Below are positions 1-13,785 of a DNA stretch of 64,000 bases, piece after piece (position 1 is the first letter of the stretch; each line of letters opens with the position of its first letter). The stretch comes from Neodothiora populina (Eukaryota). Below the pieces are notes generated by a model, which had not been told where the DNA came from, did no database searches, and saw nothing but the letters and a program-made list of their open reading frames with translations. The position numbers and the translations under genes are program-made. The DNA lies in the NCBI RefSeq assembly GCF_041146345.1, contig NW_027191411.1:434001-498000 (forward strand), written 5' to 3'.

Positions 1-906
1 AGCAGTAGTGGGTTGAGAAGAGCTGGTCTCGCGTGTAGGCTGTGTATCGCTCCGGAGCCTCGATGCCGTTCCAGAAGGTCGTGGGCTCGCCGGATAGGTA
101 GAATGCTATCTGTGAGGATTGAAGGTTCTGCTGACATGATGAGAGGTAGTGGCTCAGTGTGAAGAGGAGTGGGGTCATTTTACGTCGCAGACGAAGAGCG
201 ACGGGTTGGAAACGGACTTGTTTCATTGCTGAGTGGTAGCTGCGTCTTACTGTCAGCATTTCCATGGCGATATGTGGAAGCAGAGCTCTAAATGGTGGAT
301 AATCAACAAGAGGGCTGATGGGCTTAATACGTACTTTGTCTGCCCGGCATACGCACCGGGTAGTAATAAAGCAGCTAGAATCGAAGCAGACAGGATCGGA
401 CTTGAACTCTGACGTTGGACCAGCAAGAGAGTCCTATACTGAATGTGATAGGCTATCATCTCGGCCAAGTGACGGGCTACATTCCACCTATGCATCTGCG
501 CAGTCAGATACGTCCAGAGGTCTCCGGCTGGAGGCACAGGATAGAGGCGATGGACCGGATGAAGTTTCGAGCTTATCCAATATCTCGAGACGGAAGAGTA
601 AGGACCAGTGACGAATTGGTTTACTTCCCGTGACGTTGCTCGTAAGGCACAAAGATCGTCAAAGGAGCAGTACTGTAGAATCTGAATTTGTATCTCGGTC
701 GGCAGAGAGAGTAAACTCGAATGGGCCGTTTCCGCGTGTGTGGCGGGCATCTCCATGTCCTTACGTTTGCTGCTGCGGAAGGGTAGAGTCATTGCCTTGA
801 GAGAAGTCACACTCGACTTCCTTCGCTTCATGTTCGCAGGCTCGGTATCATTGGGAGTGGCGGATAGAGATGTGCTACTCCGCGACAAGCGCCCAATTGA
901 GGGCAT
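1..906 (-). CDS. F-box domain protein (3' end runs off the window)
   Basis: ORF 253..906 contains the F-box motif LLSLPTEIQIQILQYCSFDDLCALRATSR. A GTACGT donor (~334), GCTGAC branch and CAG acceptor (~240) join to an open frame (YHSAMKQVRFQP...) that continues to position 1. Confidence 0.75.
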
Positions 907-1409
907 GATAGCTGAAATGGTTCCTAGCTATGAGCTAAGTGAACGAGGAAGTCAAACAGGCGGAGATAGCAATGAGTTACAACGAAATGGCACGGATTCC
1001 CTCTACCCTGAACAGAGGACACTTTGATGGTGGGAAGAAGGGTATAGAGATGGTCTTTAGCCGGGCTCCGGCTGATCAGTTGCTAGAAAGACTAACAGCG
1101 TCACTATCTGAACGCGAGATGTGTACGAGGCAGCTCAATCGTCCAAAGAAGGAGAAAAGGTACAGCGCAGTATTCATTGGATTACCGAGATATCACGGAC
1201 GAGGGGTTTTTCAGAATCTACAAGGAAGTGGAATGACGCTTCTAAGACATTATCTCGGAGTGAACGGCTGTCGGTAGTGGATGGATACGGTAGTGATGCT
1301 CTCGGTCTCTTATCATTAACGCGGAGCCCCGCCTGAAACTCTCGAGTGGGTTCAGCCTTGGCAACTGGACCCCAGAGACTTGGCAAAGCTTGATCTCAGC
1401 TTCCACAGA

Positions 1410-1436
1410 ACGCGTCGTTAGGCGCCTCAGACGCGT
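1410..1436 (+). promoter_or_regulatory. Pair of MCB elements (ACGCGT) upstream of SMC6
   Basis: ACGCGT at 1410-1415 and 1431-1436, about 140-170 bp before the SMC6 ATG; typical of G1/S MBF-regulated chromosome-maintenance genes. Confidence 0.55.
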
Positions 1437-1576
1437 TACCCAAATTCATTGGCCGAAGCCGTGATTGCCTGGATTTCATACAGCTCTCACTCACTCATCA
1501 TCATCCTTCGGAGCGGCAGTGCCTATCTAGGTTCTCGAAGCATCGAGGCTGTCTCTTCGGCTGCTTGATAGCCATC

Positions 1577-4500
1577 ATGGTTCAGTGCAAGAGAAGACGG
1601 GCGGAACCAGAATCCGACGATGGTTCTGATGAAGAAGAGGTTGCCTCGCGCACCAACGGACATGCTCGTGTATGCTACATGGTCATCAGTTGTCCAGAAC
1701 GATCAAGGCTGATTCGCTGTGCAGACCAAGAGGACGCGACTGACACAATTCCCAAACATGTCGAGCCCCATAAGCGCCACTCAGCTCTCAGACGGTGCAA
1801 GTGAGCATAACGACAGCCAAGAAGATGAAGATGACCTTGAAGGAGTCTACACATATCAATACACTGCACCAAAGAATGATGCCAGTATGGCAATTGATAT
1901 ATTCAGCTCCGAAGATGAGGACGAGGAAGACAATGATAGCGACGACGGTATCACCTCTAGGATCGTAAAAGAGAGCATGAGCAGGGTGCAGGAGAACATG
2001 CCTTCGGAATCAGGCGTAATAGAAGAAGTGTCGATGAAAAACTTCATGTGTCACGCGAGACTCACGATCCCACTAGGTCCTCTGATCAATTTCATCATTG
2101 GCCATAATGGAAGTGGTAAGAGCGCAATCCTTACTGCCCTGACTGTGTGTCTTGGTGCGAAAGCAAGTGTGACCAACCGTGGCGGCAAACTCAGCGACTT
2201 CATCAAGGAAGGTGAGGAAGCCGCCTGGGTGTCCGTCAAGATAAAAAACCAGGGTGAAAATGCTTATCAGCCCGAGCTGTACGGTCAATCTATCTATGTT
2301 GAACGTCACTTTTCTCGCGCGGGTACCAGTAGCTTCAAGATAAAGAACTCGGAAGGCCGCATCGTATCTATCAAAAAATCCGACATGGAGAACATTTCGG
2401 ATTTCTTCGCATTACAAATCGACAATCCCATGAACGTTCTCTCACAAGATCTTGCTCGTCAGTTTCTCAGCAATTCTACACCACAAGACAAGTATAAATT
2501 CTTCATCCGAGGAACTCAGCTCGAGCAACTCGACAAGGATTATACTCTCCTGGAGCAGTATCTCGATGAATGTGAAGCGCGCAACGAGGCTCGACAGGCG
2601 GATGTTGCAGCTCTAGGCGAGAAGAAAAGAAAGGCCGAAGAGAAGAAGAAGATGATGCAGCGTACGGACACTATCCAGACCCAGATCAACGAGACTGGCT
2701 GGATGTTTGCTTGGGCGCAGATCGAAGAACAAGAACGCAATCTGGCTAAATTGGACAGCGAGGTGGCCAAGAAAGACGAGATGATTGTTCGCACCCAGCG
2801 TGGGGCGGACGACGCCTCTAAAATCTTCGAAGAAGAAGACGGCACACGTGAGGCCACCGTCGCGGTCATCCAGGACTTGGAAGATCAGCTACAACCTCTG
2901 AAAGAAAGTCATCAAGAGATAAAGGAGCTCTTCGACCACAACAAGGCTCAGCTGACCGAGTCACTGACCACCCAACGACAGATCAAAACGGACATTGGTC
3001 GTCACAAAAGTAATATCGCTACAGCCGTTCAGCAGATCGCTGCAGAGCATGCCAAGATAGAAAACTCCAACGGTCCAGCCCATGCGCAGAAGATCACTGA
3101 GATGGAAGAAATGAAGGCCGTCTTACCAGAACAAGAAGCTGCCATGATCAGCCACAGAGACACCAAGCCTGCACTGGATAGAGCAGTCCAGATAGCTGAG
3201 AATGAAGCACAAGCTAGTCAATTCCCTATCCAGCAAAAGCGGAACGAGCTCGAGCAGGCAGAATCGCTTTTGCCGAGGTTGGAAAGAGAGCAGGGAGATC
3301 AGACGAAAGCCTATAACCCCCAAACCATCGCAGTCGTCAGAGCTATACAATCCGAACGGCGATTCCGAGACAAGCCTGTGGGACCGATGGGCTTTCATAT
3401 CCAGCTGAAGAAGCCGGAGTGGGCATCAATCATCGAGAGAACGGTGGGCGGCAACATGGATGCTTTCGTCGTCACCAACAAGCAGGATCAGACCATCCTG
3501 TCGGAGATCATGAAGAGAAACAAGTGCAATGCTAATATCTTGATCGGAAGCTCAAGACACATCGACGTCTCCCAGAACGAGCCTGAGCCAGATGTGGATA
3601 CCATGTTGCGAGTACTGGACATTGACAACGACCTGGTCCGCAACGCACTGATCATAAACCAAAGGATCGATCAGACAGTCCTTATCCCGAAACGCGCTGA
3701 TGGCAGTGCATATGCTCAGCGACGCAAACCGAATGTTTTCTCCGTCATGTCTCAACATGATACCATACGCGGGCAGGGATGGCGATTTGATGTTACAAGA
3801 GGAGGTGGCAACAAGACAAGTCCTGTACAAAAATGGGATCGTATGATTCGTATGAAAACTAGCCAGGAAGAACAAATCCGCCTGCAGAGAGGTACTATCC
3901 AACATATCAAGCAAGAAATAGATCATCTGCAATCTCGGCTTCGCGAGAAGCAAATTGCAGTGAAAAACGCCCAACAAGCAATTGCCCGCCACACCCAAGA
4001 AGCCAGAAAACATCGTACGGCAATTCAGCGCACTGAGACGCGAATCCAGGAGCTGGAAGCGGAGCTCGACCAGGACAATATCAATGATACCGGTGTCCTT
4101 GATGAGCTACAACACCAGAAGCAGGAGGCGGAAAGTGAGCTTCAGTCCGCGAGAGATTCATATGAAGACTCTATCAATCAGAAAGATAAGATTGATGAAG
4201 CGCAGAGGGTCGTCAAAGCTGATCTCGAGGCTGCGTCTGCCGCAATCCGAGAGCTCGAAGCCAAGATCAACAAAGCTCGCAACAGAGGTGAGCAGCGTGA
4301 GCGATCTCGTCGTGAGGCACTACACAAAAAGAATCTTGCCATAGGTTTGTTGGAGGAAGCTCAACGCGAGAGAGAGGAGGCCGTGCAGAGACGGGAAGCT
4401 CTCGCAGCCCAGATCGAGAGCGATCTCATTCCTCAAGCTGAGGAGGTTCACTCGAGAATCCCGGTACCCGAGAATATGACGACAGATATGCTTGACGCTA

Positions 4501-5249
4501 AATTAGAAGCACTGGTCAAGGAAAGGGATAGAGTACAGCAAAGGTCAGTCGCCTCATGAGATTCTATCATGTCAATCTAACATTGCGACAGTATTGGTGG
4601 CAGCCGTGAGAGGATATGGGGAGCATGGCGGGCTGCTTCGGATGCATTCAAGAAGGGCAACAAGGACCTCAATGACATGATGTATGCCGCAAAGGTGAGA
4701 TAGTATTTCTTGACGAACACCCAACCACTTACTGATACCTCGCAGCTCATCAAGATTTCACTTCTTCATCGCAAGGGAAGATGGAAAAAGTTCCGCAAAT
4801 TCATCACTACTCGTGCGCAGAACATCTTTACATATCTGTTGTCCGAGCGAGGATTTCGTGGCCGCATCCTTGTCAACCATAGCGAAAAGATGCTGGACAT
4901 CAGTGTGGAGCCCGACATCACAAGAGAAAGTGACAAGGGTCGCCAATCTCGCTCACTTTCAGGAGGCGAGAAGTCCTTTTCCACAATCTGTCTCCTGCTC
5001 TCGATATGGGAAGCGATGGGATCTCCCATTCGATGCTTGGACGAGTTCGACGTCTTCATGGACCACGCCAACCGCGAAGTCAGCATGAAGATGATGATTC
5101 AAGCGGCCCGCCGATCGGTCGGGAGACAGTTCATTCTCATCACTCCTCAGGCCATGACTTTTGTCGAAGGCTGGCAAGATGTGAAGATCTTCAAGATGCG
5201 TGATCCCGAGCGTGGGCAAAGGACACTACCGTACGGAGAGGAAGAGTGA
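1577..5249 (+). CDS. SMC6: Structural maintenance of chromosomes protein 6 (Smc5/6 complex)
   Basis: Walker A GHNGSGKS preceded by NFMCH, long coiled coils with a hinge, signature LSGGEKS and Walker B CLDEFDVFMD. Introns near 1669-1724, 4544-4590 and 4694-4745. Confidence 0.95.
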
Positions 5250-5498
5250 GGAGGATGCAAAATAGGCTCTGGGAGCCTTTTTATATTCGTGATTTCTTGC
5301 AGAATACCCAGATATGACTACGTAATGACAGGAATGCTCAAGTTCCGTCCGGAGGTCAATTGATCTTGTTCTCCGACAATTCGGTTCTTGAGGCCTACTT
5401 CCAGCCACACTGGACACAGCAAGCTAAAACTGAGCGATCGCTTTTCAGTTTGCAATGAGACGCGATCGTACTGATACAAAGTGAAGCTACTTTACGCT

Positions 5499-7057
5499 TC
5501 ATATGCGGGCGAAGACTTTCGGGCGGAGCCTGAACCGAGCAACAGCTTCGACCAAGCCTCCCGCAATCAGAACAGAACCAGTGAACATGGCCATGGCAAG
5601 GTAGCCGTAATGCTGTACTAGCTGACCACAAATGGGACTTCCGAAGAGACCACTGCGCAAAGTAAGAGTCAGCTTTCATGAGACCTAATATTATCAATCG
5701 TTCTACTCGGGATGTACAAACTCACGTTATAGACGCCGATCCCATGACCATACCAATAGCTTTACCCGAATCTTGCGGTTTCACAAGCGATACGGCGCAC
5801 GCACTCTGTAAACTCAGGATAGCCTTACGAAAACCGTCAGTTTTGTCCCAGCTCGCCGGAAAGGATTTCAAGGAACAGCAGAACTCACTCCAGACGCGAA
5901 ACCGTACGCCAGACTCCATACAATAATGCCCGCGGTACTAGTAGCAGCCGTCATACAGAACGCCACGATCGAAGACGTCAACATAGACACAAGCAAGAGG
6001 TTCCACGAGCCGTATCTGTCCGCGACGATGCCGGGTAGTATGCGTCCGAATAGCGACGCCGCGTTCAGTATCGCGATGAGGTAGAAGCTGAAGCTGGATG
6101 ATTGCCCAATAGACACGGCGTAGCTCGAGACGTAGAAGAAGGGGCCGAAAAAACCCAGGTAGACCAGGGCTATGGCTGCGCACAGGATTATGGAGTTTGT
6201 GTTCTTCCATACTGGCAATGTCCCTGCTTCTTCGTTGTCTTTGCTGGTTTTTTCGGCCTCGTCTGTGGTATCCGTTGCTCTATCCTGCTCCTCGACTTGT
6301 TCAATGGGGTCCCTAGCAGCTGTGGGTAAAGGCAATCGGATGGTTAGGCAAGTCACCGCCAGCAGAGGCAGCATGACAAATCCCACGATCCTAAGCGTCC
6401 AACCGAATCCCACTCCAGTGTGATTGAGGAGTCTGTTGAGCATGATTGGCCAGATGATACCACCAAGACTGGATCCACCGATCGTGACGCCCATGGCCAA
6501 TGCTCTGTTCTGTTTGAAGTATCTAGGCACGACAGCAAATGACGGCGTGGCGACAAACCCAATGCCCGTGCCCAACAGCAGAGCCTGGGCGAGGAAGAAC
6601 TGCCAATAAGTATGACAGAGACTCGTCATGAACACGCCAAGGAGTATCGCCACCGAGCCGACCGTGATGGGAATGATGGGCCCGATGCGATCCATGAGTA
6701 TTCCAGCGGGGATAGCGAATAAGAACATCGCGAACGACGTGAAGGATCCCAGCCAGGATATGTCAAAGGGCGTGTGTTCTGATAGCTGGTTCAATTGATA
6801 GTATTCCTGGAAGACACCGAATGCATTGATGAAGCCGACTGTGCAGAAAATTGCTGTGAACGCTCCAAGTAAGGCGAGAGAGGCTCGAGGACTGGATATC
6901 GTATTAGCATGGAGTTCTTGTAAAGTGGCTTGGGTTGATCGAGGAACATGTCAACTCACCCGCCCTCTCTGTTAGGGTCTTTACCCATGTGCTGAGAGTC
7001 TTCTGGATCGTCACCATGGACCGAGCCTGAGGTTTCTTTTTGGTCTACCTTCTGCAT
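5499..7057 (-). CDS. MFS monocarboxylate-porter (MCT/Mch) family transporter
   Basis: Motifs GFINAFGVFQEYY, ISWLGS, G..MDRIGP and GRILPGIVADRYG with many hydrophobic helices; three predicted introns; last exon ends ...KVFARI* at 5499. Confidence 0.9.
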
Positions 7058-7519
7058 ATTGAGGATAGGGACGGAGGGAGGTGCAAAAGCAAGGGAATTG
7101 GTAGTTAAATCCGGGTGCTTTCAAGACTATATCTAAAGACGTGATCACTCTCTAGACAGTGCAAAGAGTAGATACTCACATGTTTAATTCTTTACATGGC
7201 GTCGTTATATGGACCATCCATACCGCTGGTCGGCTCGGAGGCTCCACGGAGAGTCCGAGCGCCAAGCGTTTTCGTAGGATCACATCGAACCTCAGCTCAT
7301 TTACCACCTGCATTACACGTCAGTATATACTCCACATCAGGCTTATGTCACCCATCGATGACCGTAGCTATTACACGTTAATGCTGTCGTGCATCTTTGT
7401 GCAGTGTAGGCGAAGGCTGCCGCGATCCCATAAAGCTTACACATGTCCCCGGACACTCCGAGCTCAAGCTCCGACGCTCGGTCTAGAACAACACCACAAG
7501 TAAGCGAAGGTCGCAGACC

Positions 7520-10156
7520 ATGAAGCGCTTAACACGGCGCTCAACACCCGAAGGGAGCTCGACAGCCAAACGGAGAAGACAAGACCCAGTGTCCTGCTCC
7601 TCTTGTCGTGGAAGGAAACTGAAATGTAGCCGCGAGCAACCATGTTCGAACTGCATCGCTAGAGGTTTTGAATGTGACTATGGGATCACGAAGGAGGCGA
7701 GAACGGAGGCCTGGAGCCTTTCGCCTATTGCGAATAGTGGCGGTGGGCATCCTAGCTCGAGGAGGAACGTAGAGAATGAAGGGTACGCGAACCATGCGAA
7801 GATCGTCTTACCGGCGGACTTTCCGCGGACGTCAATACATGCGTCAACGTTTGTTCAGGAACTGACGGTATGTGATAGATCCATACATGACCAGGTTCTG
7901 ATTGATGTCTTGGCGCGTCTCAAACGACTCGAAAGTGCTGTATTGGATCAAGACCGGAGTCCTGGCCGTAGTGAAGATATTTCGTTGCGTGTCGATGGTG
8001 GCAGAGCCCAGGATCGTGTACCGTAAGTTGCGTGCGATAGGAGAGGAGTGTTGACCCATCCAATCTTCTTGCGGTTGCATTATGGTCTTTCACTACTTGC
8101 TCCACCCCTTCAATCTCTCTACATTATCGACATGTTATCTCCATAATTACGCCTCCTATAAACGCCGTGCCACTCGAAGGGCTAATGATCGGTCTCTAGG
8201 CAAGGTTCCCGTGTACAAGCAGATACAGTCACAGATCAAGCGTTCTCGTCAGCTGAGAATTTGACAGCCTTTGATAACACCATGACCGTGGCATTAGGCG
8301 ACAATCTTGTCTATAATATTCGATCCATATCAGACATAGCCGCATACGCCGATGCTAATAAGAAACCTCTCGGAAAGGGTGATGATTTTGAGAGACTCAT
8401 TCTCACAAGACATCTGTTTTTGCCACCCGAGTCGGCTGCATTTGCATTCTTTGATATACAGACCGCTTCGATCGGCAATCTGTACCATATATACCATACT
8501 CAAAGCATACAACAACTCATCAGGGAGATATATGAGCGACTGGGGAACGATCAACAAGTCCATCCCTCACATCTAGGGCTGCTTTTGGCCATTTCAGCCA
8601 CAGGGGCTTACTTCTGGAACCCTGGGCTTCCGATTGCGGATAAAATCTTTCAGAACCAGAGTGAAGCGATGGATGCGTGTCTCGTTTGGATAAAGCTGGG
8701 GTTGGATGTCCTGGACAACAACCGCCGAACAACATTTCCTACCATTGAAGACATCCAAGCGACTATTTTCTTAGTGCAAGTGCTATCGAACCTCGAGGGA
8801 TTTTCTCCGGAGGTCCGTTTCCTCCATATTTCTACGCTCAACATGGCTCGAGATATGAGACTCCATGTCCTGGACTCGCCTGCCTCGCGCAAGCGAGCAT
8901 CTTCAGTCGAGGGATACGTGATGACTGAAGTCAAGAGGAGGGTTTGGTGGTACATTGTAGGGAACGATTGGTGAGCGATGTTTTACGAGTCAAAGCCCAC
9001 CATATGCTACAGCAGTTGACGTATATTTTTCAGGATTCTGGCCAATCTTATTGGTCCCCAAGATGGCTGCTACCTCATTCAGCCTGAACAGACCTGTGTT
9101 GATCTCCCGCTCAACATCAACGACACTGATCTTACGGACGACAGAGTACCTGTTGGTCTTCCCATATCCCAGCCGACCGACATGTCCTACATCATCGTCC
9201 GCATTACTCTCGCAGATTTATGGAGGCAATTCGTCAACGCTCGGCCTCCGGTATCTTCTGAAGCTCACCTTATATCTGAAAGTGTTGTCCGTCAGATGGA
9301 CGTGTTGGTCGATCGCATGTATGACGAGCAACCCCCGTACTACCGACTCGACATGGCGGACGATGCAGAGGTGAAGAGACAGTACGAGCGCATGCCACAC
9401 CTCAGGATGCAGTGCAGGATCGTGAATCTAGGTCGACATCTAGCTGCACTTCGCCTGCATCGCCCGTTCCTCTTCCGTAGACCCGTCTCACGCTCGAGGC
9501 AAGTATGTGTAGACGCCGCGCGCAGCATTTTGTCAATCAGACGGTCCATGGACGATATCAACACCACTCTTGCTCACGCGCGTACTAGCGTCTCTTTCAT
9601 TGTACACCACACCTTCCTTGCCGTCTTGGTACTAACGTTCGACCTCTGCTTCAACGACTTCCCCGATGACGGTACTAGAGAAAAGCGGAAGGCAGAAGTT
9701 CAGGCAGCATGCAAGACGTTGCAAGACACCCGCGATAATTCAACAGTCGCAGCTCGCTATCTAGAGCCTCTCCTTGATACACTCAAGAAACACAAAGTCG
9801 TTTTCCAGGATCTGCAGCCGCAACAACAATCGCAGACGCTAGGCAGCAAGGACATGCTCAAGATGAGGCAACGAAGCTTCGCGACCGCAGCCATCTCTCC
9901 AGGGACTACTATGAGCCAGGAATCGATTTATACACCCGGCTTGAATGACAAGTTCGCCACTCGAAGCTTGACATCCACAAATGGGAGTACAGCGAATGAC
10001 TCAACGATGCCTGATTGCAGCGCGATGAATATGACTAGGGGATATGAAGGATCAGGTGCCACACAATGGCATGATATCTTAGACTTTCCGGCTCTGGAGG
10101 TGACGCCGGACTGGGACCAGCTGTTTGCTGATCTTGATGCTACCCTTACTTATTGA
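7520..10156 (+). CDS. Zn(II)2Cys6 fungal transcription factor with fungal-specific middle homology domain
   Basis: SCSSCRGRKLKCSREQPCSNCIARGFEC zinc cluster; ARDMRLH...EVKRRVWWYIV..DW Fungal_trans motif; LHRPFL; multiple introns. Confidence 0.92.
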
Positions 10157-10426
10157 AGTGATTTGTAAGGGTTTGGATAGTAGACAAAAGAAATTGATCA
10201 AGACTGATTCTATGATTATTGGAAGATGCTCGACGTCAGTATGAGAAGAGTGTCGATGCCTGTTCTACCATTTCCACAGTCACGGCCACTGACTCGACCA
10301 AATGCATGATACTGTCACAGCACGTAAAATTACTAAAAGCTATAGTATATTAGCCTGAAATCGACGAGTTGTCTACTGTAGGAGCCACATAGCGTGTCAG
10401 ATAGCAAAAAGAGAGAGAAAAGTAAA

Positions 10427-10545
10427 ACGTACAGCAGCAGGGATTCCCACGTGGTCACCCACCGTAGTACTAATCTGCCGGTCAACTGCTTATGTCTGGC
10501 AGAGCGGACGGGATGCCCAGTTCTCAGCCGCCTGTGGCCGTACGT
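10427..10545 (-). rRNA. 5S ribosomal RNA (dispersed copy)
   Basis: Reverse complement ACGTACGGCCACAGG...GGGCATCCCGTCCGCTCTGCC...TTAGTACTACGGTGGGTGACCACGTGGGAATCC...GCTGTACGT (119 nt). The termini pair, a T-run terminator follows, and a TATA-like ATATAG lies about 26-30 nt upstream. Confidence 0.96.
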
Positions 10546-12335
10546 GAAGCGATAGTTAGACAAGGGACTCTATATCCCTTTTGTGTCTGTTAAGCATAGC
10601 CGGCGTTGATTTTGCGCTGTTGGCGCCATCTTACTTCGGCAGCGCTGCAAATTCCAATCCGTAAGAATGACTGGATTGCCGTACAGTCAACGCCGCTTGT
10701 AACAATTGAAACCTGCATCTGATGGAATATGTTATCGTCACGAGCATTGGCGTCATTTGTTTGCTGATACTCTTCAAACCAGATACATTCCAACTCCAAC
10801 CTGCGTTGCGGCTATAGTGCCCTCTCCGTCCCTAGTTCTCATTTCCATACGCTTGTCGTGGTGACGATTTTTTTGATCAGGTCACGAATTCCTCAATAAA
10901 TTCCGATAGATCTCGGTGTGTTTCCCAGCATCTAAGAGATCAGTCGTGGACGAGAAGAAATGCCAAGCCCACTAGAGAATACTTGTGCTTCGTTGGAATT
11001 CCACATGATAATCATAATTCCGCGACTTACTATTCCGTGACCATGACTCAGACAGATAACACACCAGTCGCTGAAATATCAGATATAGTACCATGACCAG
11101 GTTCAGTCACCGAATTCCAGAACATGGAACAAACGTCTCATTATAACGCTCAGTGAGCAAAAGTCGATGAAGAATGGATTCACAACAGAGATTATGTACC
11201 TAGTCCTCGCGCCGAAACAAGTGTGCTACTGAAGGAAGACATTCACCACACACGACCGGTCCTCCGCTCTCATCTGTATAAAAACCCACCTTTGACTGGC
11301 CCTCAGACTTTCTTTTCCAGATCGACTTAAAAAGCACGCGAGATACGGCAGACAAGTGACGCAGAGTCTAGGGAGCGTGTTGTGTTGCCTGCTCTCTGTC
11401 CCGGCGTCACTGAGAGGGCGTGGGGCATAGGACATGGCGAGTGGAACAGGCATGCGCGCGGGAAAGTGGAGGTCTCCAATATGTGAGTCTGGAATACTGA
11501 CCATCTGGGGGACTTCACGGGGGTACCTGCGCTGTCATAGGTTCTGATAATACGTCTCAGTAGCTGATCCTAGCCCGGATCCCCCCTTCTCGTTGTTCGT
11601 GCACATATCTCGGTTGATCACTCGCAAAAACTGGAACAAATCTGGAACGCAATTGCGTGTTTCTCACACGGCTTCGTAGCGTATTTGCCGAAGAAAGTAG
11701 GCGTGTGATTACATTTAGCATCGATGAACATGTTCATAGCAGCAAGGACACCTGCATTGTGGTCCAGATCCAATACAATCCGACTGATGTTGTGATTGAA
11801 GCTAAGGAAGGAAGGCTGCGGCAAATTTGGAGATACATAGTCTTGGGACGAACCTTGGCCAAAGTTTCAAGCCAATTGAAGCTTCCTTTTCAGCTTCGCT
11901 TTGGCAATCAGAGAGGATTTGCTACATCATCAGTGAGTTTATGCTGTGGTTGCGTCACGGAGGATTGATCCTGATTACGTAATCACCCTCCACGAGCTGT
12001 CAAGCTCGCTGTAATATTCCTCAATTTGATACCGATTCACTGGAGAGTAAAAGTTCGATTCGGCAGAGAGTGAAGATCAATTCTCTTGAGGACACACCCA
12101 TGAGAGTAGTTGATATAAGAGCTCTGAGCACTGGGATATTCCCTACAAAGCTTCGCTCGACGCGGAGCAATGAAATTCATCACGCAGAAGGAGTGTATAG
12201 GTCATGACTATTCATCGTGCATAAAAGAGTGAGTTGGCAAGAAAGAACCCCAGCTATTACAGCTATCTCCCACCGACATGCCTCATCTCGCTCACCGGCT
12301 TTGCTGCCTTCAAAACATTCGCTGCCTCAGATGAC

Positions 12336-13785
12336 TTAACATTGCCCCTCGTACACGGTGCTAGCGTCGAAGTTGTTGGTTTCGACGTTATAGTCCAGCA
12401 CCAGGCCTGTGCGAATACCAGGAGTAAATTGAGACCAAATACCCGTGAAAGCCGAGGCTGTGAGGAGAATGTCAGTCAGTTATGGTTCATCACTTGCTAT
12501 CGCCACTTGCCACGTAAAAAGGCAAGAGACATAAAAGCAAAGATGAATAAGATATGAAAGAAACTCACCGTCATCATTACCGACCAAACTCTGCGCCCCA
12601 ACAGTAGCAAGCCCCTGCTCTCCATCCGGCCCATCGACGTCCCAGAAGGTATACCTAAACTTAGCACTTCCTTCGAAAAACGTGATCCAGAATCTATAGA
12701 GCTGGAGCTCCGTACGGTACGCGTGGCTGGCTACCCACTCGACTGTGAAAGTCCTGTTGGGAGCCGTGCCTTGAGTGGCGTACTGGATGTGTTGTGGAGG
12801 GTAGGGCGCTGCGTCGCTGGCCGGGTTGATCCATAGGTCGGACCAGAAGACTGTGAAGGCTGTGTCGGCGAGGAAGTGGGGTTGGTCGCCGCGGAAGGCT
12901 GGAAGCGCGAGGGGGAGGTAGCCTGCGAATCCACCGGCTGAGAGAGATAGGACCTTTTACGTAGGGAGTGTCAGTGCGAGAATTGAAGAGCTTCTGACAT
13001 TGCTTTTGGAATGAATAGAGAGAGAGGGAAACTTACGCCGTTGACAGATGCGTACACCGACGTGTTACTGCTCGACACATTTCCGAACCCAATCGGGAAA
13101 GGAACATCCGTGATCTCGTACATCTGATCATCCGCAAGCCCATCTGCGCCAAGATCCGTCAACAACGTCGGCGACGGCAGATACGTAGTCGACGAAGTGC
13201 TGTTGGTCTGTCCAACATAAGTCACATAGCTGGTGGCTTGCGTGGTGTAAGTCGAGATCTGCGTGGTCGTGCTCTGGTAGTGATAGGTCTGGGTGACTAC
13301 AGTGCATGGCGTTGGGATGGCGCCGAGACAGCTGCATGCTGAGGACACATCAACCCATAATGGAGGGTCGGAGCTGTACTGTGATTGTGGCAATGCTGCC
13401 CTTTTCTGCTGGGTCGAGCCGGCTGAGCAGAAAGTCAAGGTGCTTGTGGCTCTGTCTGGTGTCAGCAATTGGATAGATCCTCATACATTGTTCACTCTGT
13501 CATCGCACTATGATAGACAAGTACCACTCACACTATATTCGACACAGTGGTCGGAGTACCAATTTCGGTAACGGAACCCGGACCCCATATGGTCTGGCTG
13601 ACAGTGATAGTCTCGGTAGCAACTTCAAGATAAGAACCACAGAATGCCGTAGCATTAGCGCGACCAGCAATGGAGGACGCGACCGATCCGCATGTAGACG
13701 CCTGACGGGCCCAGTGAGGAGAACCAAGAGCGGTCGACAATGATGCGATGCCCGAAAGCAGCGAACAAGGAGTAGATCTATGCAT
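12336..13785 (-). CDS. Putative secreted Thr/Ser-rich protein with a C-terminal beta-rich (NIDO-like) domain
   Basis: Signal-peptide-like start, ATAFCGSYL and SSACSCL motifs, Thr-rich linker, then DD...PFPIGF...YASVNG|VLSL...FWSDLWI...GTAPNRTFTVEW. Four exons joined at GT/AG sites, stop after ...YEGQC at 12336. Exons 3-4 are not in the ORF track. Confidence 0.65.

Noticed and set aside
11330..11600. GC-rich stretch ending in a minus-strand T-run, considered as RNase MRP/P or SRP RNA
   Set aside because: Only a partial GAAGTCCCC resemblance; no matching P4 partner or SRP helix-8 motif found by eye. An Infernal search would be needed.
11600..12200. Short minus-strand ORF fragments that might be a gene relic
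   Set aside because: No recognisable family motif or consistent splice pattern.
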